The notes under the pieces were generated by a model. That model was not told where the DNA came from and made no database searches. It saw only the letters and a program-made list of their open reading frames with translations. Position numbers and translations under genes: made by a program. A stretch of DNA of 64,000 nucleotides, from NCBI GenBank assembly GCA_001179505.1, contig CDMY01000385.1:62001-126000 (forward strand). Direction: 5' to 3'. The DNA is from Vitrella brassicaformis CCMP3155 (lineage: Eukaryota > Protista > Chromerida). This document shows, piece after piece, positions 1-10,960 of this stretch (positions are counted from its first letter, which is position 1; each line of letters opens with the position of its first letter).

Positions 1-1209
1 CGCCTGAGGTCGTGCAGTTCTAGGCGGTGGTCGCCCGGGTAGCCCGCCGCTATGGGCCCTGCCTCGGGCACCCTGGAGGGGTGGACGGCCACGATGGATG
101 ACCGGTCCGTCCATGCCAGGTCGCTGCCGCCCTTGTGGATCTTGCCCTGTGTGACCACACACGGAGGAACACACACACAGACACACAAACATGACATGCA
201 GCTGACGACTCACTAAGTCACTGCGCCGGGCTGTGTGTGTGGGGGTCTGTGAGCATGTGGTGGATGCGCTGCACGCGTCACTTACGACGAGTCTGTCGTT
301 AGTGTACTTGCCGATGTGGACTTCGCCCGTGACATCCCCCGCAGCGAAGTAGCCGTCTTCGCTGACACTCAAGGACGTGCACCTGACCACACACACGTCC
401 GTCCGGTCCGACACGGCTGGCTGGGGGGATGGATCGAATGACCTACCTACCAGAACTGGTCCTTATAACCGTTGTCGATCCAGCAGCAGCGGAGGTAACG
501 ATTCTCCTGGATGTTCCACACACGCACCGAATGAGCCTCTGCGCCAGTCAGTCAGTCAGTCACCCACGCAGGCAAAGCAAACCAACACACCACACCACAC
601 CACAACACAACACAGCACAACACATCCACCGATAAACAAAAGGCAAGGCGCCCGGCCACCCAAACCAATGGCTGACCCTTTTGTCCCTTCTGTGAGGGTG
701 TGTGCATGGTTTTGGTGGCCATGATGGTGACCTCCTTCTCCCGCGGGATGAACTGCAGCAGCTGCACCCCGTGCTTCTTGGACTGAAGCGTCTGCGCGCT
801 GACCATGTCCAATGTCGTGTCGCCATCGTCGTCTTTGCTGATCAATCAATCGACAGCAACCAACAGTCCTCGAACTGTGGGTGGTTGGTGCGTTGGTTGC
901 TATGGCGCGTGGCAGGCTTGAATGAATGCTTACGTACTTGATCCTGACTTTGTATGTGTGGGCGGTGTCGTCGTCGGAGGAGCTGACGAGCAGCTGGCTG
1001 TCGTGCGGGCACCACGACAGCGAGTTGAGCCGCAAATCGTTGTCCAGGAACTTGCGGTAGAATCGATAGCTGCACAACACAGCACAGGGAGTGAGATAGA
1101 TGCAGATCAATTACACAATGTGTGGTTCACCCTATCTATCTGTGGGTGAATGCTCTTCATCTCACTCTGATGGTCGCGGCGGCTTCTTCTCCAACCCATC
1201 GACGTCCAT
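1..1209 (-). CDS. WDR82: WD40-repeat protein, WDR82/Swd2-like (COMPASS / 3' processing subunit family); multi-exon, 3' end lies outside the window
   Basis: ATG at 1209. Exons splice in phase (exon 1 1209-1166, exon 2 from 1069). Translation MDVDGLEKKPPRPSDYRFYRKFLDNDLRLNSLSWCPHDSQLLVSSSDDDTAHTY...QTLQSKKHGVQLLQFIP...HSVRVWNIQENRYLR parallels the recalled WDR82 N-terminus (ISSSDDDSIVLY...LYSKKYGVDLIRY...HDNKYIRY). Confidence 0.75.
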
Positions 1210-1372
1210 TACTCCCTCGCTCGAAGGAAGTTTGCGACCCGAGGGCTTAGGAACAAGCGTCTCGTCAAACCCATAACCGACCGAGGGTGTGGCCGCATTA
1301 AACAGCAGCACAGTCAGATCTGCGCTTCTGCGCACGTGTGTTTGGTAGCGCTTCTTCTCGGCACTGCAAGCG
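1210..1372. promoter_or_regulatory. Putative bidirectional promoter between WDR82-like (-) and DUF1254 (+) genes
   Basis: Only 163 nt separate two divergent ATGs (1209 minus, 1373 plus). Confidence 0.6.
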
Positions 1373-3607
1373 ATGAGTGATCTCTCTGACGCCGAAATCG
1401 TCCGCCTCGGCAGCGAGGCATATGTGTTCGGGTGAGTCAGTCAGTATGTGCCTGATCGGATTGTCATGTGTGGTGGGTGGTGGGGAAAGGGGAGGGAAGG
1501 CAATGAATGAACGCCTTGGCGAACGCGTGTGCGCCTCTCTCTCCTCTGCAGGTATCCCCTGGTGCTTATGCAGCTGACCAAGCTCAACCTGAGCAAAGAG
1601 GTACCTGCTGGGCTGGGCTGGGCTGTGTTGTGTTGTGTGAGCGAGGGTGCTGTCACTGCCGTGTCGATGACTGCATGCACGGAAACAAAAACACTGGTGG
1701 TTGCTGTGCTGACTGACGCCTGCGCCCTATCCTATCTGTTTCCTTGCTGCAGCCCAACAAGTTCCACCACATGTTCAAGACGCCTGATCACAACTTCCGC
1801 CAAGTGAGCTGCACACTCAGCAGCCGCCCACGCCACGCACATCGCATGTGTCGACACATGGCGTTCTTGGCCTGTACCCCTTTGTGGTATTTTTCCAGGT
1901 GGTGAAGCCGAACAATGACACGCTCTACTCGACAGCTTTCCTCGACCTCACCGCAGGCCCTGTGGTGGTCTCGGTGCCCGACACGAATGGCAGATACTAC
2001 CTCATTCAGTGCATGGTGAGGGAGAGGCAGGGAAACACATACACACGGATGGATGGATGGATGCCCCTTCTGTCTGTCTCCTATGTGCCGTCTGTCTGCA
2101 TCTGCAGGACGCCTGGAGCAACGTCTTCGAGTCGATCGGCACGCGCACCACCGGCAACAAGGAGGGCCACTTCGCCTTCTGCGGCCCCTCATTCAAGGGC
2201 ACCCTCACAGGCGCCCCCAAGAACGTCACGCGCGTCGACTGCCCCACCAGCATGGCGTGGCTCATCGGCAGGGCGCAGCTCAATGGCCCTGACGACGTGC
2301 CGGCGGTCAACGCGATGCAGAGGAAGCTGGGCATGACCAAGTGGGAGGCGTTTGTGGCTGGCAAGGTGGACACCGAGGGACTCGACGCCTTCGCTCTTCC
2401 CAAGAAGGGCGAGCCCAAGGAGGTAATAAGGTGTTGGGGGAGGAGAGAGGCACATGAATCGACGGATGATTAGAGTGCGGTGGATCGAGTGTCTGTGTGT
2501 GTGCAGGAGGTTGCGGACATGTCTGCGTCGAAATTCTTCGGCACGTTGGCAGAGCTGATGAAGGACAACCCCCCAGCGCCAGCCGATGCAGCCATGGAAG
2601 CCGACCTCAAGAAACTCGGTAAGACGATGGAATGAAACCACAACCAGGTATCTCGACGCCCAGACACGCACATATGCATGCCATCCCCTGACTGACGCAG
2701 GCATCGTTGCCGGCGAGCCGTTCAAGCCCTCCGACCACGTGCTGCGTGTGCTGAGCGAGGAGAGCATCCCGACCGGCAAGAAGAAGCTAGGTGAGCTGCC
2801 CGGAGAGCCGCCAAAGCACTCCAACGGCTGGATAAACGCAGAGGAAACATTTCCGATCGGCAGCTACGGAAAGGACTACCACGCAAGGGCATTCATTGCG
2901 CTGCTAGGTAGGGTAGGTGGGTGGGTATTTATAGCAAGGCACCAACGCAGGACAGGCGGCACTGGATCGGCACCCTTGTGCGTGTGCGGTCAGGTTTCGG
3001 TGCCAATCTCCGCCAGGATGCCGTGTATCCGATGCTCAATCGGGACAGCGAGGGTCGCCCCCTGTCGACGTTGGCTGACGGAGCCGAGGCCCCCCTGGTG
3101 GCCTACAAGCTGCACTTCCCACTCGGCACCATACCGCCAGTGCAGGTGGGAGTGGGGAGTGAGTGGGGCAGGGAGACCGGTGTGGTGGGTCCATCTTGTC
3201 CATCCTGCCTGCCTGCCTGTACGCCCTGGATGTGTGGTGTTGTGTGACGTAGGCATTCTGGAGCCTGACGCTGTACGATGCCGCGGACTATCTGTCCGAG
3301 AACCCCATCAACCGTTTCTGCATCGGCGACCGTGACAAACTCGAGTATGCAGCGGACGGCTCCCTCACCCTGACCATCTCACACGAGGCACCCAAGGACC
3401 AGCCGCAGGCCAACTGGCTGCCGGCACCCAAGGGAGTCTTCTCAATCGTGCTGCGCCTGGTGAGAGAGCCAGAGGCTTGGATGGATGGATGGATGGATGC
3501 CGCATCTCTCTGCTGCTGTCTGTCTGCATATATCGCATCTGCAGTATTGGCCGAAGCAATCGGTCGTCGAGGGACTCTGGACGCCGCCGCCCCTCGTCAG
3601 GGCGTGA
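1373..3607 (+). CDS. DUF1254/DUF1214 domain protein (bacterial-type), 10 exons
   Basis: The spliced ORF contains the family motifs [96 protein letters not shown] and FSIVLRLYWP. Nine GT-AG introns are phase-consistent. TGA at 3605-3607. Confidence 0.9.
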
Positions 3608-4111
3608 CCGAGAGGGCAGGTGGGTGCGGTGCGACAATGAGCGATGCCGATTCGCCTTTCTTTAGTATGCATGTAGTCCGTCGCTTGTCGCACGACCTGC
3701 CGTCACGGCGCCTTTTTCGTATGGTGGCTGCTTGTGGGTATAGGACGTTTTGATGTGGGTATGGTGTGGTGGGCAGGCAGAGGCGAGAGATTGATAGTCA
3801 GTGCAGTACCATGGGATGCAATATATAGGCCATCATAGCAGTCATAATTATTATGTGTCTCCGTGAGATGCCTTTTTTCAATGGCAGCAAGGGAATGCGA
3901 CGACGGGGTGACCATGACTTGCAGACAGTGCAGAGAAGCCCGTTGGAAGAGTAGTGAGACAGACGGTAGCTGACGGTACGTACGATGCGTGTGATCAAGT
4001 GACGAGACACGACCCCTACGCCTCGATATGCAACACCTGCGTGTCAAACCGGTTCACGTGCCGCATCAGACTCAATGCCACGGACAGAGAAATACAGCCA
4101 GAGAACGGGCA

Positions 4112-6903
4112 TCACGGGACAGGGATAAGGTATACAGCTTTCAACACGTCCCCAGCGTCGGGATGATCGCGAAGTTGGTGAATTCTCGCAACGCGCTGCC
4201 TGTCAATCTCAGCCCATCGCACAGCCCTCCTCAGTTCCAGCTGAAGCCACTCCATCTGCTTCTTAATGGCAGCGTCTCTCTCTCGTGCTTCCGACTCCTG
4301 CATTGCATCGATACATGCATGCAGCCAGCGGTTGGGTCGTCATCTTGTTGTTCGAGGGAGAGACATAATGCTTTTGTTTTTTTTTTGTTTGTTACCTTTT
4401 GTGCGCTTTTCCCTTCATACCGCCTTTTGGCCAATGCGACTCGCTTTGCTCGATCCTGAATACCAGACAACTCAAGAGCTAATGGCGTGCTGGTGGCTGG
4501 CTGGTTCTCCTTCTCTTTCGAACCTTCTGTATCCTGTCGAGTAGAAGCACTGTCTCCTCCTGTAGACGATCCTCGGGCAAATGAGCGGTGATAGCTATTG
4601 CCGCCCTGCCCCTGCACACAGACGTATACATACCATCAGATTGCCAGCCAGCCAGCCCCCCAGTTCTGTCCCTCGATCTCACTTGGCTGCCTGTGGTGAG
4701 GGCGGCGCACTCTGCGACGGCGCACTTGCAGGTGCCGACATGATTGCTGCCACGGACGCCCGTGCACTGGGTGACACGCTAGATTGCCGCCGACTGAAGA
4801 GCTATAAAGCGAAACAAATGAGACGAAGATGCAGCCAGCTGTCGTGATGTCTCCATCTGCATACATACCTTCTTGTACGTGGGTGATGCGGCGCCAATTC
4901 CTGATGCAGTGGGCGAGAGAACTGGTGGAGAGACCACGACAGGGGTGGCCTCCTTCGCGACGATGACCCCTGCGGCTGCGTCGGCCTTTTCTTGATCACG
5001 CTGCCGGATACTCTGCTCACGAAGCTCTCGCAAAGAGTCCTGGAAAAATGAGAAGACATGAGACACAATGCAGTGGCAATAGCCACTGAATCCCCTTGGC
5101 GTGGCACACCTGCGCCTTCCGCTCAGTGTAGCGCTCTTTCCTCCGCTTCTCACGGGCTTCGACCAGCACTCGTTTGCGGCTCTCCAGCTCCTTCAATCGG
5201 GCGACTTCCCTCTCTCTCTGCACCGCTTTCAGCTGCTGTGCCCTCTTGAACTCTGCAATGCGTCTTTTCCTGTCTCTGGCCTCTTCAGCGGCCTCCCTTC
5301 GCCTCTCCAGCTCCTCTTGACGGACCTCGTTGACAGCCCTCAGCTGCAGATATGACGAACAGAATGGTTTGCCCTGTCCACCGTAGCTAGCTACAATTGG
5401 GGCGGTAGGTACCTTTGCCATTTCTCTGTGTCTTATGTGCATGTCGACGAGTGCGTGTGCCTTCCTCTCGGCCCTGTCCTCCTCCGCTTTTCGCTTTTCC
5501 TCGAGCTTCTGATCGCGCCACTCCAGGTACTCAAGCTCACGCTGCTTCTCCATCTCACGAATCGCCTGGATGCGGTCCTCGCGACGGCGGCCCAAACGCT
5601 CCCGGCGGTCTCGCTCCTGCTGCTGCTTGGCCTTCAGCGCTGCCGCATCGGCCACCGCCTTCCTGAGTGAATGAATCAATGAATGAGACGTGTGATTCTC
5701 CCCCGTGAGCTTGTGTCTACTGGACGCTCACTTGGCGAGTTCTTCTTGTTTGGGAGCCTCTTGTTCAGCTCGTTCCTGCTCAGTCAGGGCTTCTCCCCGC
5801 TGCGGCTCCTCTGTGAGGTGCTTCTTTCGCTCCTCCTCGGCCTGCAGCCAGAGGGGCTTCTTCTTGGCCTCCTTTATCTCGTCTACCGCATGTGCCTCCT
5901 TGCAACGCTCCGCCTGGACGCTGCCAAGCAGACAGAAACAGGGGAGTGAGCAGACATGAATGACATGGATTGTGACTGATGCATACTTATATGTACCGTT
6001 TGATCTCCTGTAGGCGGCCGATGCGCTCTGCTCGCTCAGTGTCGAGCTTCTGACTGCGGGCGGCGGCCTTCATCTGCTCGATACGCCGCTTCTCTTTTAG
6101 CTCCTGGAGGAATACCCGCCGGGCCCTCTCGCTCTTGACGAGGTAGGCCTGCTGTTTGAATTCATCTTCCTTGTCCAGATCCTGCATGCAATCAATGACA
6201 GACAGGCAGTGACAATCGCAATGCCGACTGACTGACCAATCGGACGATATGACAGACAGCAACTTACACTCTTGATTTTGGCTTTGTCTGACGGCGGAAC
6301 TCCCGGCCGGCCAGTGGCTTTACGAGGGTATGTCACAAGCTCCCCGGGATCGACGTCAGCCTCGGTCGCGACGGCCAACTGCCAAGGCAGAGAGGAGGAA
6401 AGAGTCAACTGGTGTCCCTGGTTTCAGCCTGCAGCCTGCCTCCCCTACCACTCGTTTCGACGGCGTCTCCCAGAGGAAGTCCAGGCGGCCGATGAGCCAG
6501 TGGAAGCGGGCGTCTTGGTTGGCCCGGTTCATTAGGTCTCGGTTGTATTTGAAGAGGTCGTCAAAGTCGTGGTATGAGTACCTGACGAGCGACGTCTCAC
6601 CCGTCTCCAGCTCGAACACTGCAAAGATGTAGCAGCTCTGCTCCGCGTTCTCATACACGTGACACACGCAGTAGTCCGAGCCAATCTTGCGACCCTCCGA
6701 ATACACTAACTGCCCGTCAACGTGTACCTGCGTGCAGATCATGAAGAGCCAGACACAGATGCAGATCAGTGGATGGCGGTCGGTGAGAACGTGCTGCCAG
6801 CAATGCAGACCTCTTTTGGTGTGATGGTGGAATACGTGAGCTTTTCATTCTCGCTCTGTGTCGGCGGCTGGAAGCCGAGAGGAGATGGCAAGGTCACAGA
6901 CAT
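4112..6903 (-). CDS. Uncharacterised coiled-coil protein: globular N-terminal domain followed by a long E/R/K/Q-rich helical region; multi-exon
   Basis: ATG at 6903 (MSVTLPSPLGFQPP...). In-phase exons give VHVDGQLVYSEGRKIGSDYCVCHVYE...FDDLFKYNRDLMN...RFHWLIGRLDF, then charged coiled-coil exons at 5987-6185, 5700-5930, 5420-5670, 5100-5350, 4870-5040, 4660-4800 and 4120-4610. The 3' exon assignment is less certain. Confidence 0.7.
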
Positions 6904-7026
6904 GATGGATGAAAGGCTCCTTGAAGAGATGTACTCAAGTCGCGCTGCAACAAACAAACTTCGAGACTGGGGGCGTGGGGGCGAGTGCAGGCTTGGAACC
7001 AAAGAGAGAGAAAGAAAAAAACAAAA
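6904..7026. promoter_or_regulatory. Putative bidirectional promoter (123 nt between divergent ATGs)
   Basis: ATG at 6903 (-) and ATG at 7027 (+). Confidence 0.55.
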
Positions 7027-9833
7027 ATGCTGCCTCTTTCACCGCCTTCCCGCTACCCTGCCTCGCCCTCGGCCTTCGGCCCACTTCCGTCCCCTCGGCA
7101 CGACCACCACCCCTCACCCCCACTACCACCACCACCCGTCTTCGGCCCTCCGCTCTCGCCCCTCTCTCCCCACCCCTACAGCCCCACCACGGCCGGCCCA
7201 TCCCCGAGGGGATTCTTCCTTGATCCGTCCCTCGTCTATGACCCCCAGCTGTATGGCGAGGACGAGGACACATTCCGCTTTTCCACAACTCCGCTCCCCG
7301 ACTTCCCCATCCCCGAGAGGGACCGTCGGCACCTGTACTTCTACGACGACTGTGAGGTGGATTGGGACCGGGAGGACAAATGGAGGTTTGCTGCCAACCG
7401 GAAAAAGACCCACAAGAACCTCTCATGGGAATTGGTACGCATGCATGGGGTGGGTGGGGGGAAGGAAAAGACAGACAACAAATCGAGAGGACCACCCCAC
7501 GCTTGTTGATGTGACGTGCATGGATGGCCTCGTCTTTCAGAATGAGGAAATCGAGAGGACAAGGCGCGATCGCCTCCGTGAGGAAACCGAGGAGGCCCCT
7601 TCAGACCACTGGCAGCAGCGCCAGATGGAAGCCCCACCGCAGACATCAGCGGCTGGCTCAGCATACGGTGCACCGGCCGGTGCATCGGGAGGCACGTCGG
7701 CATACGTTGTGTCAGGGGCCGCCTCCGAGGCCTCATCCCAGCAGCAGCGCCGCATGTCTCGCGGGCCGACCTACGCCCAGGACAGAGAGGATCGCCCCCG
7801 GTACACCGACCCGTTCACAGAGGAGTTCATGGCAGCCGGGCCCCAACGTGGTATCCGACCAGTGGCGTACCCTCCGAAGAAGTCCACGGTGCCACGATCC
7901 ACCTCGGTGGGGGAGAGATGCAGCCAAGCAAGGAGACACCACATACGACATCCGCCCGTCTGCATCGGTGTCGTGTGTTGTGCGCTGCAGATGGCCAGCT
8001 ACCAGTCTGAGGAGGCCAGGGGTCTACCTCCCCAACAAGGCGTGTGTCTCTCAATCTTCAGCTGTTGCTGCCCCGGACCAGAGGTGCGCCCGCCCAAAGA
8101 GACGGGGAGGTCGGGACCGACGGACGCCGATGGATCGTACTGGGATGAGGAGGAGGAGAGATACTCTCAGCGCCAGCCAGGGAGGGAGCAGGCCAAGGGA
8201 GGAGGAGTCATGGGTTGGCTCTGTCCGGGTTTTGTCAATTGGTGGTCCAGCGTCGAATGGATCCCCAAAGACGGGAACGTCATGCACAACAGAGGAGGAG
8301 GCAGCAAGATCGGCATGCCCGATGACGTCTTCGAGACAGATCAGGAGCTGCAATTTAAGCCGCGAATTGACTTCTACCCACCACCACCCCAAGACACCAC
8401 AACCGACCAGCGCAAAGGAGTAGGCCCCACACAGCCAGCCAGCCAGCAGCGGTCCCAGCACATCTTGTCTCTCCTGTCTGTATCTGTCACTTTGGTCTTC
8501 AGGCAGAAAGGGGGCCTGCGCGGATGCCATCACACGTTCTCACCGATCGCGTGAAGGCCCAGATCGACTCATCACTGCAGTTGACAGAGGAGGGCATCGT
8601 GCCAAAGGAGCGCCAGAGAGATGGAGGGCGTGATGCATCGAAGGGAGTTCGCTTCGAGGGGAATGGTCGTGGTGGACAGTATCATCAGACTCAGCTGGCA
8701 GGGGAGGAGCGAGGGAATGGCATTCCCCGAGACATGAGCGATGTGGAGGGATCTCGTGGCGACGACAGACAGGGAAGACCGCCCGTGCTGGACACGTACT
8801 TGCATGAGACACAGCAGCAGGCTCAAGCTGGATCATCAGTCGCAACCAAGTGCGTCAGCTCAGGCAGGGAAGGATGAGGGGCAGCTGAGGCTTCTTTTCT
8901 CTGTGTGTGTCCACTCAGCGGTCAGGTCAAGAGCCCTCATCAGATGGAGCCCTTCATTCCGGCTCCCTACGGCCATTCAGAGGAGCACGAGTGGCCCCGT
9001 GAAGACAGGGACAGAGACAGACAGGAGGCCGGCAGCCCCGCCAATCTGGGGCGGCTGATGCCAGCACCACCCACTCCTCAGTTCATCGACCCCAACGCGC
9101 TGCTTGCGCCAGGTGACAATGTGGATCAGCGTCGGGTGACAATGTCGGATCGCAGTGGGTCCGACATTGGTGAGAGTGACATCGCATCGCAGAGCCCTGG
9201 TGGCGGCTCGCCGCACCGCCGGAGCGTTCAGTTTGAGGACGAGTCGGGCAATGGGGAGAAGCGTGGGTCGGGGTGGATGCGGCAGGTGGGCGGGATGATC
9301 ACTTCGTGGATGACGGGCAGGGGAAACGGCCACTCCGCGGAACTCGCCGAACAAAGGAGACGCAGGTACGTACCACGCACAGAAACATACATATGGAGTG
9401 CGGCTGTGTTGTGTTGTGTGTATTCTGCCTGCAGCATGTCCATGGCAATTGATCCACACCCTGTCGATTATTCAGCAGCTTTTCAGGGCCGCCTCGGGGG
9501 TTCCTCGTACGACTACCCTGCAGCAGAACAAGGACCCCGCAGCCCCCGTCAGCAACAAGGTGGGCAAACAAACAACATACACCTCACAGACTCACCAAGC
9601 CACACCTGACGATGTCATTCATGTAATGGTTGGTCCTCTGTGGGTGCGTTGGTTGTGTGTCTCAGGTGCTCAGCAGCAGCACTTTGAGCGGCGAAGACTC
9701 CGCAAGTCTTCCCGAGGTATGGCACCTGACAGCTAAGGGAGCGCGTGTCGAGCATGTCTCACCTCATGATCTGACAGGGCCCGACGGCAAGTACCTGCCA
9801 CCCACCTTCCCTCTGCCGTCGCGAGACCGTTAA
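7027..9833 (+). CDS. Uncharacterised, largely disordered P/S/R/Q-rich protein; multi-exon
   Basis: ATG at 7027 (MLPLSPPSRYPASP...). Consecutive open exons are joined by phase-consistent GT-AG introns (e.g. AAA GGA|gtaggc...cag|GCA GAA). It includes a YFYDDCEVDWDREDKWRF segment and a CLSIFSCCCP cysteine cluster. TAA at 9831-9833 in the best model. Confidence 0.6.
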
Positions 9834-10826
9834 TTGACCATCTATGGCCTTCAAATCAACTACAGGTGAGTGCGTATTAATGCGCTGCGCACGGGCTCAG
9901 ACCATTGTGTCTATGTGGTGTCTCCTTGTGTGTCTGCAGATTCTTTCTTCCTTCGAAGGTCGGGTGTGAGCGTGTGCGTGGTTGATTCACGAGTGCGTGT
10001 TGCATGGTTAAAATGGTCTGGCGTCTGAAAAGGGCTGCCTGCGTCCGTGAGAGCAAAGGGCAAGGGACGAGGAGGAAGGACAATCGCTATGCAGCAGAAA
10101 CTGCTGCAGGGACAATTCTTTGCTCACTTAATCGCTCTTTTTCTATACCGACCGTTGGAAAAGAAAGCGAATTTTGCACCCACAGCAGCTGGATTGGTTA
10201 CACAAATACCATCAGTCATGAAAGAGATGATATTGTCCTCTCACACACATGCATATGATGATAAGTAACGCCACATCAGGTCGGTCGTCGGTCAGCAGTG
10301 CACGCACATTCGGCTGACCACGGAGCAAGACGAATGAAATGCATGCACTACTTACGACAAAACAAACAAAGGCGGGTACGGTACACGTCAAGCCGGCCGA
10401 CAAAAGGGGGGCGTGTATGCACGTGTGTATGTCAGCCCGCCAGGCAGCTCCTTACTGAAAGTCGTCTCTCGTCTGGCTCATTGTGTAGTGACACATAGGG
10501 TTGGAGCTCGATGGATGGATGGAAGGATGTGTGCGATGGGGAAACAAATGCGAGCCATATATGTATATGCATTGCACACACACACATACCCACACGTGAT
10601 GGTATGCGTGCGCATACATACGTACATGTACATGTACATGTAGACAGCCTGTCGGCTGACATGCATGTGGACATGTGGACATCTACATGTGCAATGCAAG
10701 CCAGGTAAAGAAACACGTCTACTAATCAATCAAAGACCACCAACCGCTGAGCACGGACGCAGCCGCACGTCGGCAGACACTCAGACACACACACACACAC
10801 ACAGACAGCCAGCCAACACGTCCGAG

Positions 10827-10960
10827 ATCCCTTTCTGCAGGGAATGCTTACGTGTCTGTGTTCATCGTGGATGCGAGGGTCCACGATGAACACAGACACG
10901 TAAGCATTCCCTGCCCCTCGCAACATGACAGATTACGGCACGCAACATCCCTTTCTGCAG
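10827..10960. repeat. 14-bp direct repeat atccctttctgcag flanking the hairpin (possible target-site duplication)
   Basis: Copies at 10827-10840 and 10947-10960; a partial third copy catccctttc(ag) at 10975-10986. Confidence 0.8.
10837..10914. repeat. Perfect inverted repeat: 35-bp stem with 8-nt loop (78-nt hairpin)
   Basis: 10837-10871 gcagggaatgcttacgtgtctgtgttcatcgtgga is the exact reverse complement of 10880-10914; the loop is tgcgaggg. Confidence 0.95.

Noticed and set aside
6722-8554. 610-aa ORF as a single-exon gene
   Set aside because: It runs through promoter and intron sequence. The true gene starts at 7027 in another frame and joins this frame only in later exons.
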